Positions 54,501-56,309 of a stretch of DNA of 56,309 bases are shown in pieces. This DNA comes from an uncultured Gammaproteobacteria bacterium (GTDB taxonomy: Bacteria; Patescibacteriota; Patescibacteriia; Magasanikbacterales; GWA2-37-8). Both the position numbers and the translations under genes were made by a program. How positions within the stretch are numbered: position 1 is the first letter of the stretch; the number at the start of each line of letters is the position of its first letter. The notes below the pieces were generated by a model. It was given only the letters and a program-made list of their open reading frames with translations. It was not told the DNA's origin and made no database searches. The DNA is taken from the NCBI GenBank assembly GCA_964496095.1, contig CAZBWU010000006.1:1-56309 (forward strand), read 5' to 3'.

Positions 54501-56309
54501 GGAGTAGACACAATTTCGGTTGTTGATATTTCCAATCCGACTCTTCCAATACAGATTGCCACTACTTCGGTAGGTAGTAATCCACAATCTGTTTTTGTCT
54601 CGGGTCGTTATGCCTATGTAGCTAATAAAAACGCTAATACAATTTCAGTTGTTGATATTTCAAATGCTTCCGTGCCCACTGTAGTTGGCACTGTAACTGT
54701 GGGAGCAGGCCCTTGGTCGATCTATGTTTCTGGTAGATATTTATTTTCAGCAAATAGCGACGATGACAATATTTCGGTTGTTGATATTTCTAGTTCAACT
54801 GCGCCTACGGCAATTACAACTGTTTCTGTGGGAAATGATCCGCGCTCCATCTTTGTCTCCGGTCGTTATGCCTATATTACCAACGCTTTGAGCGAGACAA
54901 TGTCAATTGTTGATATTTCAGGCACAGAAGTGTCTAGTCTTATGGCTCATTCTGCTGAAGTCGGACAATTGCAAGTACGAAATGATATTTTCGTTCAGGG
55001 TAATTTTATGGCGGGAGGGTCTTTATCTGTAGGGGTTGGAGGAATATTTAGTCAGGGCAGTTTGGCTGTATTTACTTCTTCTACAGGACCTACTTCTTCC
55101 GTCTTTAGTGTAGCGTCTAGAGAATCACCGAATGCTTTGAGAATTTTATCAAACGGGAATGTTGGTATTGGTACAAGTACACCAACCCAAAAATTATCCG
55201 TTGTAGGAAATATATCAAATATTATTGATAGCGGTACGACTATATCTCAAATTTCTACTGTATCAGTTGGAGCGATGCCGTGGTCGATTTTTGTATCCGG
55301 ACGTTATGCGTATGTTTCTAATTTTTCTTCCAACACTATTTCTATAGTTGATATTTCTAATCCTTCTGCACCAACACAAGTAGCTACGACTTCTGTTGGG
55401 GTTGGTCCAGAAGGAATTTTTGTATCCGGACGTTATGCGTATGTTTCTAATTTTTCTTCTGGCACGGTTTCGATTATTGATGTTTCCAACCCATCCTCCC
55501 CTGTACAGGTAGCTACAACTTCTGCGGTATCTAGTGCAAGCTCAGTCGTGGTATCAGGTAAATATATGTACGTTAACAATGGCAACGCTGTAAGAGTATT
55601 TGATATTTCGAATCCTCAAGTGCCTGTGGAAGTTACTAATTTCTCTGTAGGTACATTGGCTAGGGCATTATATGTATCTGGCAGATATCTTTATGTTGCA
55701 AATTTTAACTCTAACGATTTGTCCGTTGTTGATATCTCCAACCCTTCTGCCCCAACGCAAATTGCCACAGTATCGGTTGGCGGGAACCCTTTTTCTGTAT
55801 CTGTATCAGGTAGGTATGCGTATGTAGCCAACAATGCATCTGGTACTATTTCGATAGTAGATATTTCAAACCCCAACACCCCCTTACAAGTAGCTACAAC
55901 CTCCGTAGGTGGTAATCCGAGTTCTCTGTTTTTGTCAGGCAGGTATTTGTTTGTAACCAACGAAGCAGATGATAATTTATCTGTAGTTGATGTTTCTATT
56001 CCGTTATCCCCATCAAAAATTATGAATATAAGTGTGGGCGATGCTCCTAAGTCAGTTTTTGTTTCTGGTAGATATGCGTATATAACAAATAGTGGCTCTA
56101 ATAATATATCGGTTGTAGATATATCCGGCACTGAAGTTTCAAGTCTTATAGCAGGGTCTGCCGAAGTAGGTAATATTCAGTCCAGGAATGATATTTTTGC
56201 TCAGGGTAATATAATGGCTGGAACATCCCTAACAGTTGGGGCTGGTGGTATTTATTCTCAAGGCTCACTTTCTATTTTTGCTTCGTCTACTGGAGCGACT
56301 TCTTCAATA
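48555..56309 (+). CDS. Giant (>2585 aa) exported surface/fibre protein with four blocks of seven LVIVD-type repeats; 3' end outside the window
   Basis: Frame checked at start, middle and end; signal peptide; 28 SGRYAY...SVVDISNP repeats; IGIGTSTP segments; missing from the ORF track because no stop lies in the window. Confidence 0.9.
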   Translation, partial: MAEAGGEKLRRKAFGERMKNIPIFVLFGLVLFFATVGFFSKKVLAATAPNIITYQGKLLRDGLLQVNAVDIKFLLYDDLIGGSILYTASGTVGVPEALSITPSQGLFSINLGDTNTNPVNPTIFQNNNSVYLEVVVAGEVLSPRKRITAVPYAFNAKYLDGVGINTVSSSSYIPVSDASGNFTFNSTTVTTSTISNLVAGFTTTTNLYVSGLANFANSTTMQTTTITGGFYQSGLADCSGEGQTLNYDLALGKFTCLADAIGAGGGGSGAVGTSTANYFAFYDSANSVTGTPLMQFTNGAISFTTNTSFSLVFSTNGLFGSVTTTNLSVSGALFLPANSITDGMVINGLTIDGGTINNTPIGGANPSTGVFTNLTSSIFFATDTLFVSASTTNLYVSGSLNLPNNSITNAMVADNITASNYLLLTGGSLSGQLIFTSASGTAITSTNIVSTNLNAVNVTSTNLYVSATTSIATTSVLRTLNIGGSIAADYYFSNANANAFFSGDSGGIVFNGGYLFAAGAGTGLYVANGAVFRGGLSNDTGASLVINGGTSGNTLINNTLTFNNATGTSITSTNIYNNGGFFQTGLGDCDLDTQTVNYDIATGKFSCLADATGAGGGSGVVGTSTVNYFAFYDSANAVTGTPLMQLVNGAITFTTNTSFLSVSSSNALFYDVSTTNFAVIGNANFRTTTISGQLTFETASGTSITSTNIVVTNKVGIGTSTPTQALSVVGNISNIIDSNTLITEVGTVAVGSGPNSIFVSGRYAYATNRSADSISVVDISNPSAPIQVGTVSVESNPYSIFVSGRYAYVANRGSGTVSVVDISNPSTPVQVSTVPVESGPQSIFVSGRYAYVANSLSDSISVIDISNPLVPEQIATTSAELTPKSIFVSGRYAYTANSGGSISVIDISNPSNPVQIATTTVGDIDQSLGPNSIFVSGRYAYTVNSNDTFSVIDIADPSAPLEVATTTVGAGTQSLYVSGRYAYVANNSDNNISVVDISRPLSPTQVAISGLVAGGPTSIYVSGRYTYTTNLDDTISVIDISGTEVSSLIAGSAEVGNFQSRNDIFAQGNIMAGTSLIVGAGGIYSQGGLSVFSSSTGVTSSIFNVGSSGASSTLRVFANGTIVLATTTINGLLTFNSAVGVSLTSTNLYIASLANFAGSLVFANASGTSITSTNAFFPNLLSTSITSTNLFATSSVFVNATISNATSTNLYISSLSNFAGLLTFTTASGTSITSTNAFFTNLSATNFNPSNIIATSITSTNLFATTSVFNTTTINNKLSIGTTTFNKALTVVGSISNVLDVGSDISLVTSSGVGGSILQSIFVSGRYAYMTNQTAKTLTIVDITNPSLPVFVGTSSLSIATGGPGEVVVSGRYAYVSNPSNNSLSVVDVSNPASPREIATTTVSGGGPVAVSGRYAYLVNGTVSRLTVVDISIPSSPRQIATLNGLGNTTSGIYISGRYAYVSNTNGKTVAVIDISDPSNPSLVGSGSVSGIAADIFVSGRYAYTANSTSNTISVVNISNPASPVEVGTTTIVGNPVDIFVSGRYAFTANSTSNTISVIDVSVPSSPTLIKNIAVGTSPNSVFVSGRYAYITNANSANFSIVDISGTEVTSLIAHSAEAGQLQVRNDIFAQGSIMAGTSLSVGAGGISSHGGLSVFSSSTGITTTIFSVGSKNSTTTLRVFADGTVILGTTTMNGLFTFGNATGTSITSTNARFTTLNFTNATGTNITSTNAFLSSLNFTSASGTMITSTNLFVSSKIGINSSSPDASLTIQGVGGTNPLNIVSSTGASMFTILQNGNIGIGTSTPGQKLSVIGNISNIIDSGTTMSQVSAIAIGQPNSVFVSGRYAYVPGFTANKLSIVDVSNPSVPAIVGNIALSFGPAKVFVSGRYAYLVDAFTGVLAVVDISNPSAPVLVSTKTLSSYTSSIYVSGKYLYAAQDSSADQVEVLDISNPFSVVSVATTSVGDSPSSIYVSGRYAYVANSGVDTISVVDISNPTLPIQIATTSVGSNPQSVFVSGRYAYVANKNANTISVVDISNASVPTVVGTVTVGAGPWSIYVSGRYLFSANSDDDNISVVDISSSTAPTAITTVSVGNDPRSIFVSGRYAYITNALSETMSIVDISGTEVSSLMAHSAEVGQLQVRNDIFVQGNFMAGGSLSVGVGGIFSQGSLAVFTSSTGPTSSVFSVASRESPNALRILSNGNVGIGTSTPTQKLSVVGNISNIIDSGTTISQISTVSVGAMPWSIFVSGRYAYVSNFSSNTISIVDISNPSAPTQVATTSVGVGPEGIFVSGRYAYVSNFSSGTVSIIDVSNPSSPVQVATTSAVSSASSVVVSGKYMYVNNGNAVRVFDISNPQVPVEVTNFSVGTLARALYVSGRYLYVANFNSNDLSVVDISNPSAPTQIATVSVGGNPFSVSVSGRYAYVANNASGTISIVDISNPNTPLQVATTSVGGNPSSLFLSGRYLFVTNEADDNLSVVDVSIPLSPSKIMNISVGDAPKSVFVSGRYAYITNSGSNNISVVDISGTEVSSLIAGSAEVGNIQSRNDIFAQGNIMAGTSLTVGAGGIYSQGSLSIFASSTGATSSI

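Noticed and set aside
49397-56131. Antisense ORFs (134, 223, 100, 146 aa) within the giant gene
   Set aside because: Mirror frames of Ser/Thr/Val-rich repeats with no independent signals
50800-56309. CRISPR array or DGR template/variable repeats in the repetitive right end
   Set aside because: Repeats are in-frame coding units with synonymous variation; no spacers, no adenine-specific mismatch pattern, no cas or reverse transcriptase gene in the window

Overview
AT-rich chromosomal segment around the replication origin of a small-genome bacterium. Gene content and the lack of biosynthetic pathways suggest Patescibacteria/CPR (inference). Core genes: dnaA-oriC-dnaN with divergent rpmH-rnpA-yidD, plus tig, polA, holA, rpsT, rmuC, comM/yifB, lspA, a PBP1A, an LysM-M23 peptidase, hppA, four tRNAs and two parS sites. 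Accessory content: a BlaI/M56 locus with a detectable operator regulon, a post-tRNA accessory cluster, three GC-rich foreign-looking genes under AT-rich promoters, a candidate ~350-nt structured RNA, several REP/MITE-like palindrome families, and a >2585-aa LVIVD-propeller surface protein that runs off the right end. The most striking observation is a 40-42 bp hairpin element with a conserved fold but variable sequence. It is inserted without target duplication into the termini of comM, hppA and polA. In all three the gene is kept intact by a synonymously recoded duplicate of the disrupted terminus, joined 6-7 nt from the element's 5' end. A fourth copy sits in frame inside rnpA.
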